Under the pieces are notes generated by a model, which was given only the letters and a program-made list of their open reading frames with translations, was not told the DNA's origin and ran no database searches. Shown here piece after piece: positions 1 to 12,483 of a DNA stretch of 64,000 nucleotides. Origin of the DNA: Utricularia gibba (taxonomy: Eukaryota > Plantae > Magnoliophyta); NCBI GenBank assembly GCA_002189035.1, contig NEEC01000010.1:3224001-3288000 (forward strand), given 5' to 3'. The stretch's first letter is position 1. Each line of letters begins with the position of its first letter. The translations under genes were made by a program, and so were the position numbers.

Positions 1-431
1 TGATACATATGATTCTCCCACAGTTCCGTAACCGATCGGGAATATTCTTTCCTCTTTTTCGTGTATGGATCGACTTGTGCGGGAAGTTGGCGGTAGGGTC
101 CAACTCGGCACCCTTTTTAGCTTTTAATGCGATTTATCTCATGCACTCCTCTTGTCAACCAATCATGTCGTCCAACACCCTCATAATGTGCATGCCAGTG
201 GCAACACTTATCCATATCCTCACCCGGCACGCAACTTCCCTTCCCAATTCTCCCATTTCTACCTTCTCCTTCATTCACACTTGGGAAGGAACGAAGTTCA
301 GTGGGATAGTGAAGAAATAAGTTTGGTTTTACAGTGATAAGACATGGGGGCATGCATCATGCATGCCACACACTACGTTATAGTGTTCTGGTTCTCTGAG
401 CTCTCAGTTTAGGAGCGAGCATGGAGAACTC

Positions 432-2688
432 TCAGCTGGTTTGAAGCTCAGGCCACATGTTTCTTGCTGAAGGCAATCCTGCGACCACATCTTCTTCAAT
501 GCCACATTCGTTTACCCCTCTCACGATTTTGAAATATCCATCCTGTGGAATAGCGTTTGTGGTGTCTCAGTGAGTTCACAAGGCAGGGAGAGTTATTCAA
601 GATAGTTGGTAGCTAGCAAAAGGGCTGCAACCAGAACGCATACCTCACCCCAGCTTCTGTTCCACTGGTTAGCTAAAAGCTGCAGAGATGAAAAACAAAA
701 GGAAATGTAAGAGCGCTGTGGAGTATAACCGATGGAAGAAAGACGGTGTGAGATGGTGAAGTACTCACCCAGTAGTCCTCTCCAGCATCAGTTGTTCCCC
801 AGCCGATGAGTTTAACGGCGTGGCCTCCTATTTCACCGCCCAGTATGTGTCTATAGACTCCAGAAGTGTAGTGAGCAAAGTCCTGCAGGCAACTGACATG
901 TGGTTATGCTCTGAAGATTCGCACCGAAGCCCACAAACTCATTCTTGCCTGATACACTGTGAATGAAACTTCAACTGGTCCATTCGTGAATATTTCAGCC
1001 ATTATGCTGTATGGATCGGACCGGATCCGGTAAGCGTTGACAGAAAAGTGTTTTGAGTTTGCCCATAGCAAGTTCTGTGCACTGCACTTGTTTGGGCATG
1101 TTGGTGTGGGATACTCAGGCTCGCACCCAGGGTGAGAGCAGCCTTGGGTGTCGAAGTAGGGATCACACTGCAGAACAAAAAGAAAAGCTACTGAAATGTG
1201 CCCACATTGCATACTATGCATGCAAAACATAGTAGAAATAAATGGATTCTTTGCATCCAGAATATGTAAAACCTGCTCAGTCACAACACCAGTCTCCACA
1301 AAGTATTGCCATGCCAAGATGGGGTAACCCCCATCACAACCATCGCCACAAGAGTCACAGCATGCTAGAAGATCATTGGCTGAGAGGGAAAGATTCTGCA
1401 GAATAAGGGATGAATTAGGAGATTTCATTTTATTCATAGTACTTAGAATGTTACCGTATGAAACGGGTCAAAGAAGTTCACTACTAAACCTGGCCAAACC
1501 GGATGCAAAATCGATCAGAGAGAGACTCTACCGCTCCAAAAGCCCAACAAGAACCACAGTGCCCCTGAAAGACAGAAATGGCCTCAAATACAACCAATCA
1601 TAACACAGGAAAAGCTGTCAACCAGGAAAGCAAGTTACCTGGTCTTTAGTTTCAAAAATTCCAGTCAACAGAAATCCAATGAAGAATAGGAAAGAAGAAA
1701 TCAATATTAGAATCTGATACAGCAAGTTCAACCCAGTAAGCGACATGAGACTGACCAAGTATTCTACTGATTGTACTGCACTGAGGCCAAGCTTGTCGTG
1801 CATCAAAGTTTTCTGGCAAATTCATGACTCTTTTGTGAGAAACCACAGGTGCTACTATCGAATTACCCTCTGGCAACGGTTTCACCCCAAGAAGACGCTT
1901 AAATTCACTAATCTGATATGAAAGTAAACGTGTTATCATCAATTATCAAGTTTACTGTTAATTATTACCTCCAAAAAAAACTGCAACAAGCCAGGAAATC
2001 AATCTACCGTGTGGTTAGCGAATCGGGGATTCATCGAAGCTTTCCATCCTGCTTCTGCGTTCTGATTAATGAACTTAACTACAGAGTCCTGTATGGAAAA
2101 TTTGCGATAATTTCCTCTACTTCAACGTTTGCATCTTTTTATCATCATTGTAATGAAGGGTTTGGTAAAGAAAGGAACATTTAGAACATACCTGGAGAAT
2201 CAACTCATCATGTTCTCTTAGAGGATCAGTGTTCAGTGCGATTCCCTGAAAGAAAGCATCTCGAAGTCACTTGAGCTTTATACAGATACACACATGCAAC
2301 GCTCAGGCAGATAGCAGAATCAGGTAACCGATTCTAGTAGTGAAAACTATATATCTGTCAACGGAAAGGGAACAAAACAGGCAAACTTCATCCTACACGC
2401 AAGTAACAAAATCTGGAGCCGGAACAACGAAGAAAAAGCAGGAGACGCAAAGTAACGAACGGAAACAAAAACAAACAAAGAAAAGCGCACTAGCGGCACG
2501 TATATCCTCCGTCGTCAACGTTAGAAGGCTTAAGAACCCCATCGATGGAGCAAAAACCGAATCAAGAACACAGAAATCGTGAGAAGAACCAAAGGAGAGG
2601 CTGCAACCTGCAGCCGACTCGCGAGCACAAATTCGAACACTAGCAGGACGACCAGCGTGAAGAGAGTAGCTTTCAAAGTCACCGCCAT
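432..2688 (-). CDS. Cathepsin B-like cysteine protease (papain family C1A), multi-exon, including a 5-nt microexon at 1639-1643
   Basis: Spliced translation: signal peptide [18 protein letters not shown], propeptide [37 protein letters not shown] (catalytic Cys), occluding loop [19 protein letters not shown] (catalytic His), [24 protein letters not shown] at 2688, TGA at 434-432. Confidence 0.95.
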
Positions 2689-2940
2689 TTAAGCCGATAA
2701 TCGGACCTTGGCCGAGCTGTTTCCGACGAGAGTGCGATCCTAAAAGGGTGAATGATTGGTTTGCGTGAGCTCCTTTAGTGGCGGGTTAGTGACTGGTCAA
2801 TGGCTTGTACCATTTGGACCCTTCGATTACTTCTAGGCACGCAATCCTAAAGCATTGACGGTGGCTATGCCTCCATCGATGTGTGTGATGGCACAGCTTC
2901 AAAAACCAGACGACTAACCGGGGAAAAAATCTCCAGACCA

Positions 2941-3024
2941 CCGTTAACCAACGGTAAATTCTAGGTTTTACCGCTTTCAAGACGGTTATTAGTTTTGCCG
3001 TGTTCTATTTTACTAACAGAACGG
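2941..3024. promoter_or_regulatory. Cluster of MSA-like (AACGG) G2/M elements upstream of the PATRONUS-like gene
   Basis: CCGTT at 2941-2945, CCAACGGTAA at 2948-2957, AACGG at 3020-3024. AACGG is the MYB3R-bound MSA core and the downstream gene is a cell-division regulator. Confidence 0.5.
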
Positions 3025-3605
3025 TTGGGGCATAGCGGCTGGGCTTCGAAGCCTGGAGCAGCCCAGCTTCATGGATCGGGATCGTGAACTTTCTTTCTAT
3101 CATGGGCTCAGACCCATCAAGCAGGATGGGGGTACAGGTTCATCACGGGAATTTTCTGCTTCGTTTTGAAATCGGATTCGCGCGCATCTGATTGAATTTC
3201 CATTGCTTCCTCCCGAATCGTTATTCGATTCACCGCTGATAATCCAATTAGTTTGATACCCTCAACCTCTCCATTTTCCCATCTTATGCAGTAAGGATCT
3301 GTGGCGATATCTGCAGGAACGGCATTTGCCTGAGCTTGAGGTTTAAATTCTTCCACGGGTGAGGGATTTGCAGTTTATATTGTGTTGACGGTTGCTTTTG
3401 AGTAGATTTTACAATTTTTTTCCGGTATATTTCTCGCAAAATTACTTGTTGAAAGTCCGTGAGTTTCAAAGATCGGGTTTCTTTGGTTGAGGTGCTTCGG
3501 GATACGTGGTCGTTCATTGGTATTCACTTCGTTCGTAGGCGTTCAGAGCCTTCAATTGACGTTAACGCTGCGGTCATTCTTTTGTGTTTAGTTTGCTCAA
3601 GGAAT

Positions 3606-4754
3606 ATGGAGAGACCCATTGCACTAAAGCCGCTGAGTATTCGAGATGAAACCGCTCCCGTTCATTCTAAAAGTAAAACTTGTAATTTACTGCTTTTTTT
3701 TTGTTCACACCTTCAATTTTCTTGTTGTGCAGTCAGCGGTTGTTCTTTCTGGGTAATGTTAGTTTAATTTTGTAGAAATGTCGGTTGGTTGTAAATCCAA
3801 GCCTTTAAAAGGGACGAAGAAGAAGGTTGGAGCTGCCATTGAGACCCGTAAAGCTTTGAATGACATTACAAACAAGTCAGCCATTCACCATGGCGCTTCC
3901 TCAGAGAAAAAGAATTCAGAAAATCGGAACTGCGGCATTCAAGACGAGTTTTTGCGGAGTCTTGCTTGCGAGTCGGAGGCAATTCCCAAGCCTGAAGCTC
4001 CCAAGGATGTCAATTTTAACATTCCTGAGGAGGGTTTTTTGCATGACCATAGCAAATGTGTTGAAGCACAAGAATCCATATCAGAGCTCGACTTCTGGAA
4101 CATAGTCCTTCCTGGGCATGGTAATTTTTCTTCAGTTCCACACAATCTGGGGTAGAAGTTTCCCTTTTTTCTTCAGTGTTGACTGATTGAGCTCAATGAT
4201 TATCTATGGCAGAAGGGAAAAAAGCTTTGCATTTCTTTTTCTTGTGATATGATTACTTTCTCAGTAGCATGTATGATCTGTTACTGGACAAACTATTATT
4301 ACGGTATGTAGAAATGATAGATGACAAAATTCCCTACTGGGGTACACTCATTGCTTAAAGAAAATGCCTGTTCTTTTGTTGTGAAAAAGACTTCTTCCTT
4401 GTGAATGAAACTAGACATTCTAATTTTTCCCGTTGCTGCAGATTCCGAAGATTTAGTAATTCCAGATGAAAAGGTATAGATACTCTTTACAGCAATGAAT
4501 ATACAACCAAAAATGCAGGTGGATCGGATCTTAACGCTCCATATTCTTGCTTTATTCTCTAGACTGGTCCCGAATCTGATTGCCGTCTCCACTTGGAAGA
4601 GATTCCTGAAGAAAATTTCTTTGACTGGTTCATTTCCTCTTGGAAATCTCCTCCATCATCACCAAAAACCTGCCCCTCGCCTCCACGCCCACCTTTCATT
4701 TCAGAGATGGAGCTGTTTGAATTAATCCTCAAGGAAGATGAAACTTATGACTGA
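3606..4754 (+). CDS. PANS1: PATRONUS-like protein (plant securin / cohesion protector), 4 coding exons
   Basis: DETAPVHSK (DEN-box position), D-box RKALNDITN, FLHDHSKC, C-terminal LEEIPEE..FDW..WKSP..ELILKEDETYD. Exons about 3606-3673, 3776-4120, 4442-4473, 4563-4754 with GT/AG boundaries. Confidence 0.85.
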
Positions 4755-5086
4755 TTGATTATAGCATGTGGTAATCTGTAGGATAAGGCTGTTAAGCAAA
4801 TGTGGAATGATGGTGAACTCTTGTTTAGTTTTCAGATTCAGGAAATTGATAGGCTCTCCGCCTGTTATGAAATTACGCACTCTTCTATATATCTGTTGCT
4901 TTTCGAGAAACCTTCTCAAACTCTGGTCTCAGAGCTTGATCATTGTCATTATATTGAGAATAAGGAGCACATGCAGAAACACTGTTGGATAAAGTAGGTT
5001 TCTAATTGTCAGGATCCAGGCATCCATATTTCCTAGAAGATGATTACTGAAAGGTCCATAACTCTAGTGATGTGTGCTTAAGATCT

Positions 5087-5712
5087 TCAGGGGCATTTGG
5101 GCCCACCCTCCTTGGTCTTCCAGTTGTTGTAGCATGGGCAAACCTGCTTGTTCCCGTAGGTGCCTGGTGGAACGCACAAGCACTTGGCACAGCATTTCTG
5201 GCAGAAGAACATGCAAGGTTTCTTGAATGAGGTCTTGGAGCATCTATTGGTGCATCTCGGGGCACATTCTGCACATCGCTGTAAGTTAGATGTCTTATAA
5301 TGGAAACATAATCACCATCCAATGTGACACTCATAGGTACCTTGAGGATGGAGACTTCCCTCTCCGAACTCAAACTGCATCTACAGAAAAAAAAAAAAAA
5401 TGTCCGATTACACATCAAGATTTTAGATATTGTTTGCTTCTATTTGGATCACAGAGATCAAAACAGGATTAAGCATTGCCACAATCAAAGGACATTGCTA
5501 CTACTCACTTTGGGATCAACTCCCTTGTGATGCACAAGCGATGCTCCTGCTTTCTCCCCCGCAGCCTGAATGGAAGGCACCCAAAATGGGAAATTGTTAT
5601 AGATTATCCATGCCTACATTCTGAAAATGGACAGATTTGGGCTTACCCAGTCTGGCAAAACAAGGGAAACAACCAAGAGAAGAGACAAGAAGAGGGCGAG
5701 CTTCGTCTCCAT
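5087..5712 (-). CDS. GASA/Snakin gibberellin-regulated secreted Cys-rich peptide, 4 exons
   Basis: Signal peptide METKLALFLSLLLVVSLVL; C-terminal domain with all 12 Cys (ECAPRCTNRCSKTSFKKPCMFFCQKCCAKCLCVPPGTYGNKQVCPCYNNWKTKEGGPKCP*). TATA-like CTATAAATA on the minus strand at ~5777-5785. Confidence 0.95.
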
Positions 5713-6722
5713 TTTCCGGTGAGATCTTTTTTCCCCTGTGATCTGAGCTGCGACTGAAGAAGGGAATAACCCAAGGTATTTATAGAGGTGAAGATGAAGG
5801 GATTCTAGCTTTCATATAGATGTGGATCCACAAGCTGCTGCTACTCTGCAACAGCACATGGCTGTTCATAAGACTGAGAGAGAAGTAATTAGCTTTGGTG
5901 GAGTAGATGGAATTAAATGCGGGACAGAAACCTCAGTCCCCTGACCCAGCACAAAGGATCTCACACCATGTGCAATGAAGCATGAAGATGATGGAAAAAG
6001 CCATCTCCATATGCTTCCCACATGCCCACTTTCAGATAAACAAAAGAGTGATAACACAAGCACTCTTTGCACAATTCACATTCACATTCACCTGCATGTC
6101 TGCCACAACCTCCTAAACTCTTTGCACTCTTGTTAGCTTTTTTTTTTTAAGAGTTGAATTGAAAATAATGTCATCATCAACAATGTTTAAAATTTAAACC
6201 CCCTTCCAATAATATAGTTCCATGATTTATAATCATGATAAGGATTGGATGAATTGCAAGTACTCCCAGATCTTGGGAGATTATTTAGAAAAATGTTCAT
6301 CAGGTTTTTATCTCTCACATATTACGACAAAAATTTTATATGTAAAATGGTTACTTGTGTCATATATTTAAAAGACAATGTTCATTTTTGTAATACATTT
6401 AAGTATATCGGGCCAACTTTTAGGATTTAAACCTGGTCTGTTCAGGCGTGTGAGCTCAATTTGTATATGGGCCAAATTTGAAGGCCTTTGGTGTTACAGG
6501 CCCATAGTATAAGCCCGTTAAGGAGCTCGTTACGATAGGAACGCGGGTGTTTTTTTTTCTTTTTTCCTCATAGGCTAAGCGGTTTTTAACGGATGTAAGA
6601 AGCGCGTTTGTAGGTCTTTTCCGGGAACAGCGACTTCAGGTTTATGTCGAACAGGGGAAGATAAGATGTGATAGTGATGAACGACTCGCGCTACTCCATC
6701 TCATTTCCATGCTCATTTCGCA

Positions 6723-9700
6723 ATGTCGCTTTGCTCCAGGCTTCACTCACCTTTTTCCCATTCTCAATTTCTCCCGCGACCGAACCCAGCAACCCAACTT
6801 CATGTCTTTTCCCATTCTTTGTTCCCGAGAACTCACGTTGAACGCCGAAAAAGGAGGAGCTTGAGAGTTGAAGCCACTGCTGTTCTTGATTCCGGTAATG
6901 GGTCCGTTGGCGTTGCCACGGAAAGGGAGGAGAATGGAATGTCTGATCAGTACGGCAGGCAGTTCTTCCCACTGGCTGCTGTCGTTGGCCAGGTTTGCTG
7001 ATCTGGGCGTCGATGTGTATCCATTTTTATTGCTAGAAGTGGTAGATGGATAAATTGGTTGCTGTTTGGGATGTTTCATTTCGTGTTCTTTGGAAGCGCT
7101 TTATCTTGGCTCTCATTTTATATCCGTCTCTGATAATGAATCTTGATCGTTTACTTTATATTATTGTGAATCAACTTTCTTGATGACATTACTGCGCTGT
7201 AGCTGAAACCCGACATTAATGAAATGTGGGTGACAGGATGCTATTAAGACAGCTCTTTTGCTTGGAGCTATCGACCGTGAGATAGGTGGAATAGCAATCT
7301 CTGGAAGGCGAGGAACAGCAAAAACAGTGATGGCCCGTGGTTTACATGCAATTCTTCCTCCTATTGAAGTAGTTGCTGGATCGATTGCAAATGCTGACCC
7401 ACTTTGTCCGGAAGAGTAAGGTTTTTGAATTTCAACTCTTTTGCTATCAAATAGTCAGGTCGAGAGTGAGTCACTTGATCGTGTTATAATTTATCTGAAA
7501 ATGCGGCAGTTCCTTAAGTTAGCCACAGAATTCTTAAATTATGTCTAAAGAAGTAACGGACTACCTACATGACCAAGGGCAGTAGTTTTTTTTACAAATC
7601 TGTAACTGCTCTCTCAGGCATCTAATTCTTGGAACTTGTGCCATATTTGAAGGTGGGAATATGAACTTTCTGATAAACTAGAGTATGACCTTTCTGGAAA
7701 CATAAAGACCCGAATTGTCCGATCACCTTTTGTGCAGGTAGTTACTGGTCAAGATATTGTTTTCTGCCAAAGAACGTGTTTTCTTTAAGAAAATATCTAA
7801 AAGCTGCAATTTTTGGCAGATCCCTCTTGGTGTTACGGAGGATAGATTAATTGGGTCTGTTGATGTTGAGGAGTCTGTGAAATCTGGAACAACCGTTTTT
7901 CAGCCAGGGCTTCTTGCAGAGGCTCACAGAGGAGTTTTATATGTTGATGAGATAAATCTTTTGGATGAAGGTATTAGTAATCTGCTACTTAATGTCTTGA
8001 CCGAGGGAGTCAATATTGTAGAGAGGGAAGGGATCAGCTTTCGGCATCCATGCAAACCTCTCTTAATTGCAACTTATAATCCTGAAGAAGGTGCAGTCCG
8101 GGAACATCTTCTGGACCGGATAGCCATAAATTTGAGGTAAGGAATAAAAGTTCTCTGGATAATTTGCGTATGTTTTAAATCACACATTTATTTTTCAGTG
8201 CAGATCTTCCGTTGAGCTTTGATGATCGTGTTTCTGCTGTTGAAATTGCAACACGCTTCCAGGAACAAAGCAGTGAAGTTTTTAAAATGGTTGAGGGAGC
8301 GATGGACGAAGCAAAGACCCAGGTAATACTTGTTAAAAAAACTGAGTATGAAAACACTTGACAATGTGGTATTGATTTCTCAATTCAGATAATTTTAGCA
8401 AGAGAATACTTGAATGATGTGGTCATCAGCAGAGAGCAACTCAAGTACATTGTGTTGGAAGCCCTGCGAGGTGGTTGCCAGGTTTCGTGTTTTGAACTCT
8501 TTTTTTTATGAGGCTATATCCCATACATCTTAGAAATGGATGGATGAAAACTTCAGAATTAGTTATGGGAGGTGTTTTGACATGAAGAATGAACCAGAGA
8601 TCTATTTGTCATTCCTTTCACATAGGAAAAGCAAACAACTTTCCATTGGTCCTCAATGAGCAAGCTTGTTAATATGCTTTTATAATGCATATCTTCAGGG
8701 ACATAGAGCTGAGCTATATGCTTCAAGGGTGGCCAAATGCTTGGCAGCTCTAGAAGGACGTGAAAAGGTCAATGTGGATGACCTGAAAAAAGCCGTAAGC
8801 ACATCCCTTAGCCTCCATGATCATTGCTCTATGTGCATGTCACTCTGTGAATTGTGCAGGCTATAATAATTTGTGCTTTACATGAGGCACTTCCTAAAAG
8901 GTTTATAATTTCTTGTAATCTCAGGTAGAACTTGTCATCCTTCCCCGCTCAATGATAAGTGAAACCCCACCTGACCAACAGAACCAGCAACCTCCACCAC
9001 CACCTCCTCCACAAAATCAGGATTCTGGCGAAGAGGAGAATGAGGAGGATGACCAAGAAGTGAGTTATGATTATTAAATGAATTGTTATCTGTTCTTTCT
9101 ATTGCATCCCATCGAAATTTTTCAATTTCTTATTCTTCATGTCGCTATGCACTGTCAGGATGAGGATGATAAAGAAAATGAGCAGCAACAAGAACAAATA
9201 CCTGAAGAGTTTATTTTTGATGCTGAGGGAGGTTTAGTGGATGAGAAACTTCTCTTCTTCGCCCAGCAGGCTCAGAGACGAAGAGGGAAAGCTGGAAGAG
9301 CTAAGAATGTTATCTTTTCTGAGGACAGGGGTCGATATATAAAACCAATGCTTCCAAAGGTTGAGAGTGATCATTTTGAAGAATTTACATCCAGTTTTTG
9401 AAGCCTGATTCTGTGACAGTGCTGAAGAAGATTCATTTGCAAACTAGTTCTTTGTTAATGTAAAGTTGTCACTAATGTTCTCTGATAAAAAAGCAGGGTC
9501 CTGTAAGAAGGTTGGCTGTTGATGCAACCCTTAGAGCTGCTGCTCCGTATCAGAAGCTGCGACGGGAGAAAGATACCCAGAAAATTCGAAAAGTCTTTGT
9601 TGAAAAGATAGACATGAGAGCTAAAAGGATGGCAAGAAAAGCTGGAGCCCTGGTAGAAATGCTCTCTAGTCATACTTTGGTTTTGTTGCTTGATTCTGTT

Positions 9701-10782
9701 TCTGAACCGTAGACTTAACTTTTTTGGCGATTTGCGATCATCTTAAAACAGAAAAACAATTTCAAGTACAAAAGGATTTGATTTAGCCATGAACACAAGA
9801 TAGTGTCTACCTATTGCAATTGCCAGTCAAATGAGCTCCATGCCAACTATTTCAGGTTATATTTGTTGTGGATGCAAGTGGAAGCATGGCACTGAATAGA
9901 ATGCAAAATGCCAAAGGTGCAGCTCTGAAGCTACTAGCAGAGAGTTATACGAGCAGAGATCAGGTTTGCTTTTTGTGAAATTGTTACTGAATATTAGGTT
10001 CTTATGAACAACCTTGGTTTCGCATTTGGTTTGAGATAAAAAGAGGTACTTTTCCATGTTTAACTCTGACGCTTGAGCAGGTCTGCATCATTCCCTTCCG
10101 TGGAGATGCTGCAGAAGTTCTGCTACCCCCTTCAAGATCAATTGCCATGGCAAGAAAGCGTCTCGAGAGACTCCCCTGTGGTGGTGGCTCTCCTCTTGCT
10201 CATGGCCTTACGACGGTACAAGGAACACAAATATATTCATGTTAGCTTTGATATGTGACCCCTTTGAAGCTGCTCTCTGCAGGCTGTTCGAGTTGGGATG
10301 AATGCAGAAAAGAGTGGTGATGTTGGGCGAATAATGATTGTCGCTATAACTGATGGCCGGGCCAACATATCTCTTAAAAAATCAACTGCTGATGCCGAAG
10401 CTGCTGCAGATATGCCTAGGCCCTCTTCCCAAGAGCTGAAGGTACAAACACTAAAACATCTCTTTCTTACTGCCTGAAAAATTCTGCGTTTAAAACCTTC
10501 CTTCAGGATGAGATCCTTGACGTTGCTGGGAAGATATACAAATCTGGGATGTCGCTTCTCGTCATCGACACCGAAAATAAGTTCGTTTCCACCGGTTTCG
10601 CAAAGGAGATTGCACGAGTCGCACAGGGTACTTTCACCTTTCTCCAAATCCAACTCCCATTCCTGAAAATGAAAACTCTGTTCCTTCCCCCTCCAGGAAA
10701 ATACTACTATCTCCCCAATGCTTCGGATGCGGTTATATCAGCAACGACGAAGGAAGCTCTCTCTGTTCTTAAAAGCTCGTGA
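6723..10782 (+). CDS. CHLD: Magnesium chelatase subunit D, chloroplastic
   Basis: Transit peptide, [11 protein letters not shown]-loop [27 protein letters not shown], Pro-rich/acidic linker, vWA domain ([33 protein letters not shown]), ending LSVLKSS*. Confidence 0.97.
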
Positions 10783-11252
10783 TCCCACATCCATCAGCAG
10801 TATCATGCTGCTGCTAAACACTGAGGCATCATTACATCTTCTTACTTGGCAACATGTTTACCAATTTTGCAGTTGTTGGGAGCTGAGTCATGACAAGTAA
10901 AGCATCCCCTGTCTGGATGCCAATATTCAGCTTGGAAGTTGATGTAGTAATCCATACAAAATTTGATCCAATTTTCTCATCTCATGACAGATTTAAGCTC
11001 CCCTTGTTATCTGTCATCTAAAAGAAATGCGAGTTAGCGAGGACGAGAAGTGGGTCATGTTTACCATAAAAATCTAGGCGATAACAACTACCAAATTCAT
11101 AGCTCCTAAATCTTGGAACAGTTTCTCTGTGGCAAGAACTGACAACAACTACATCATTAGTTTTGGGAAGAAGAAGCTCCCCATCCACATCCAACTCAAG
11201 AGGGACGATGAATCGCATTATCAACTAGTGGAAAAACTTCAAATAAAGTTCT

Positions 11253-11503
11253 TGTCGGCACCCATAAACTGAACAAGAAAAACTTCAAAAAAAAAAAAAA
11301 GAACATTTACCGCTTGCATCTCGAATCTTCCCGTTTTGGTAATAACGTATATTCTGCCCGACAATTACAAACATTTTCTCGACCCAGAAAAACCCCGTTT
11401 TCATATAATGGATAAGGTAAAACAAAAAAAGAAAAGAAAAGAAAATCCAGACGTAGCTCGAGAACAAAAGTGAGAGATTCGGACTTGGCATCCTCACCCG
11501 ACA
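11253..11503. promoter_or_regulatory. Three TGTCGG/CCGACA (auxin-response / DRE-core-like) hexamers
   Basis: TGTCGG at 11253-11258; CCGACA at 11358-11363 and 11498-11503; about 1 kb upstream of the bHLH gene. Confidence 0.3.
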
Positions 11504-12229
11504 ACGCAAAAGAAAAAGAATTGTATTGTAATTACGTTCACACCCTCATCCATTACCTGTCAACCGCGTGTCCCTCACTCACCATTTCCGGAGCTGATGC
11601 TCTGACGCCAACAGTATAATTTATGTTTTATTACAAATCAATTATTTTTATTTCAAAAACTTAAAAAATATTTATTATTTTTAAGAAAAACTGTAAAACT
11701 CAATTTCAAAAAAAATTTAAAAAAAGAGACATTGTTTTGTGAGGATTCATAATTTTTAAAATCTAGGGTTGAATTTGATATTAGATTCGATTTAATTCAA
11801 ATATATGATTTTTTTAGTACGATTCTGAATTTATGATAAGAGTTTAAAAATCATGAAATTTAAAAATAGTAAATTTAAATAATTCTATTCATCTTATTAT
11901 AAAAACATATTAAACTTGATTATGAAACAATATTCCCATGAACATCTTTATCATTGTCTTGCTCTTCCACAATCATTCATAAATTAAAATATTTCATTTT
12001 TATTTTTTTAAAATAAGATTGGTTTTGAGTTTTCTTATTATTAAATTTATGAATCCAATTTATTGCAATTATAAAGTTACATTTCACTCATCCATATCTA
12101 TTGTTATCCTATTTTCTTTAAAAATACAAAATATTATTAAAAAAACAGAGGATTAGGTGCCTTGCAAGTTGATGGATAAGATAAGATGGATACTGCAACT
12201 GTGTCTAAATCCCAGCTAAGACCCCTCAT

Positions 12230-12296
12230 GGGTCCCACAAAGTTGTGAGATTGGATCTCACAAACATGGATGGTGGGCCCCATACACTCCACGTGG
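12230..12296. promoter_or_regulatory. TCP-site plus G-box module in the bHLH proximal promoter
   Basis: GGTCCCAC (~12231), GTGGGCCCC (~12273), CACGTG (12290-12295); TATA-like CTATAAG at ~12430. Confidence 0.45.
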
Positions 12297-12483
12297 CGTA
12301 CTCTGAACTGCTCGCAACTACTACAACTATTATTATTATTATTATTATTCCTAAAAAAAGAAAATTTAATATTTCCCCTTCTTTCCTCCCCCGCATTCCT
12401 ATTCCGTCACAGTGCTTTCCAACCAGTCTCTATAAGTGCCGAGGGAGGAGCTGATGTGCCTCACTCTCGTGTGATCCGGTTCA

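Noticed and set aside
9-353. Overlapping ORFs of 103, 78 and 61 aa at the window start
   Set aside because: No recognisable motifs or splice logic; they lie downstream of the cathepsin B stop and look like UTR or intergenic noise.
6010-6030. TCCCACATG resembling the snRNA USE element
   Set aside because: No correctly spaced TATA box and no snRNA-like sequence downstream.
10984-11017. ATGACAGAT...ATCTGTCAT hairpin resembling miR156/157 (UGACAGAAG...)
   Set aside because: The stem is only 9 bp and the sequence diverges from miR156/157 after TGACAGA; there is no 21-nt miRNA/miRNA* duplex.
12330-12349. (ATT)n and other short microsatellites, e.g. (TAA)n at ~41594 and (GAG)n at ~18866
   Set aside because: Ordinary simple repeats; the GAG/CTC runs encode poly-Leu of signal peptides.
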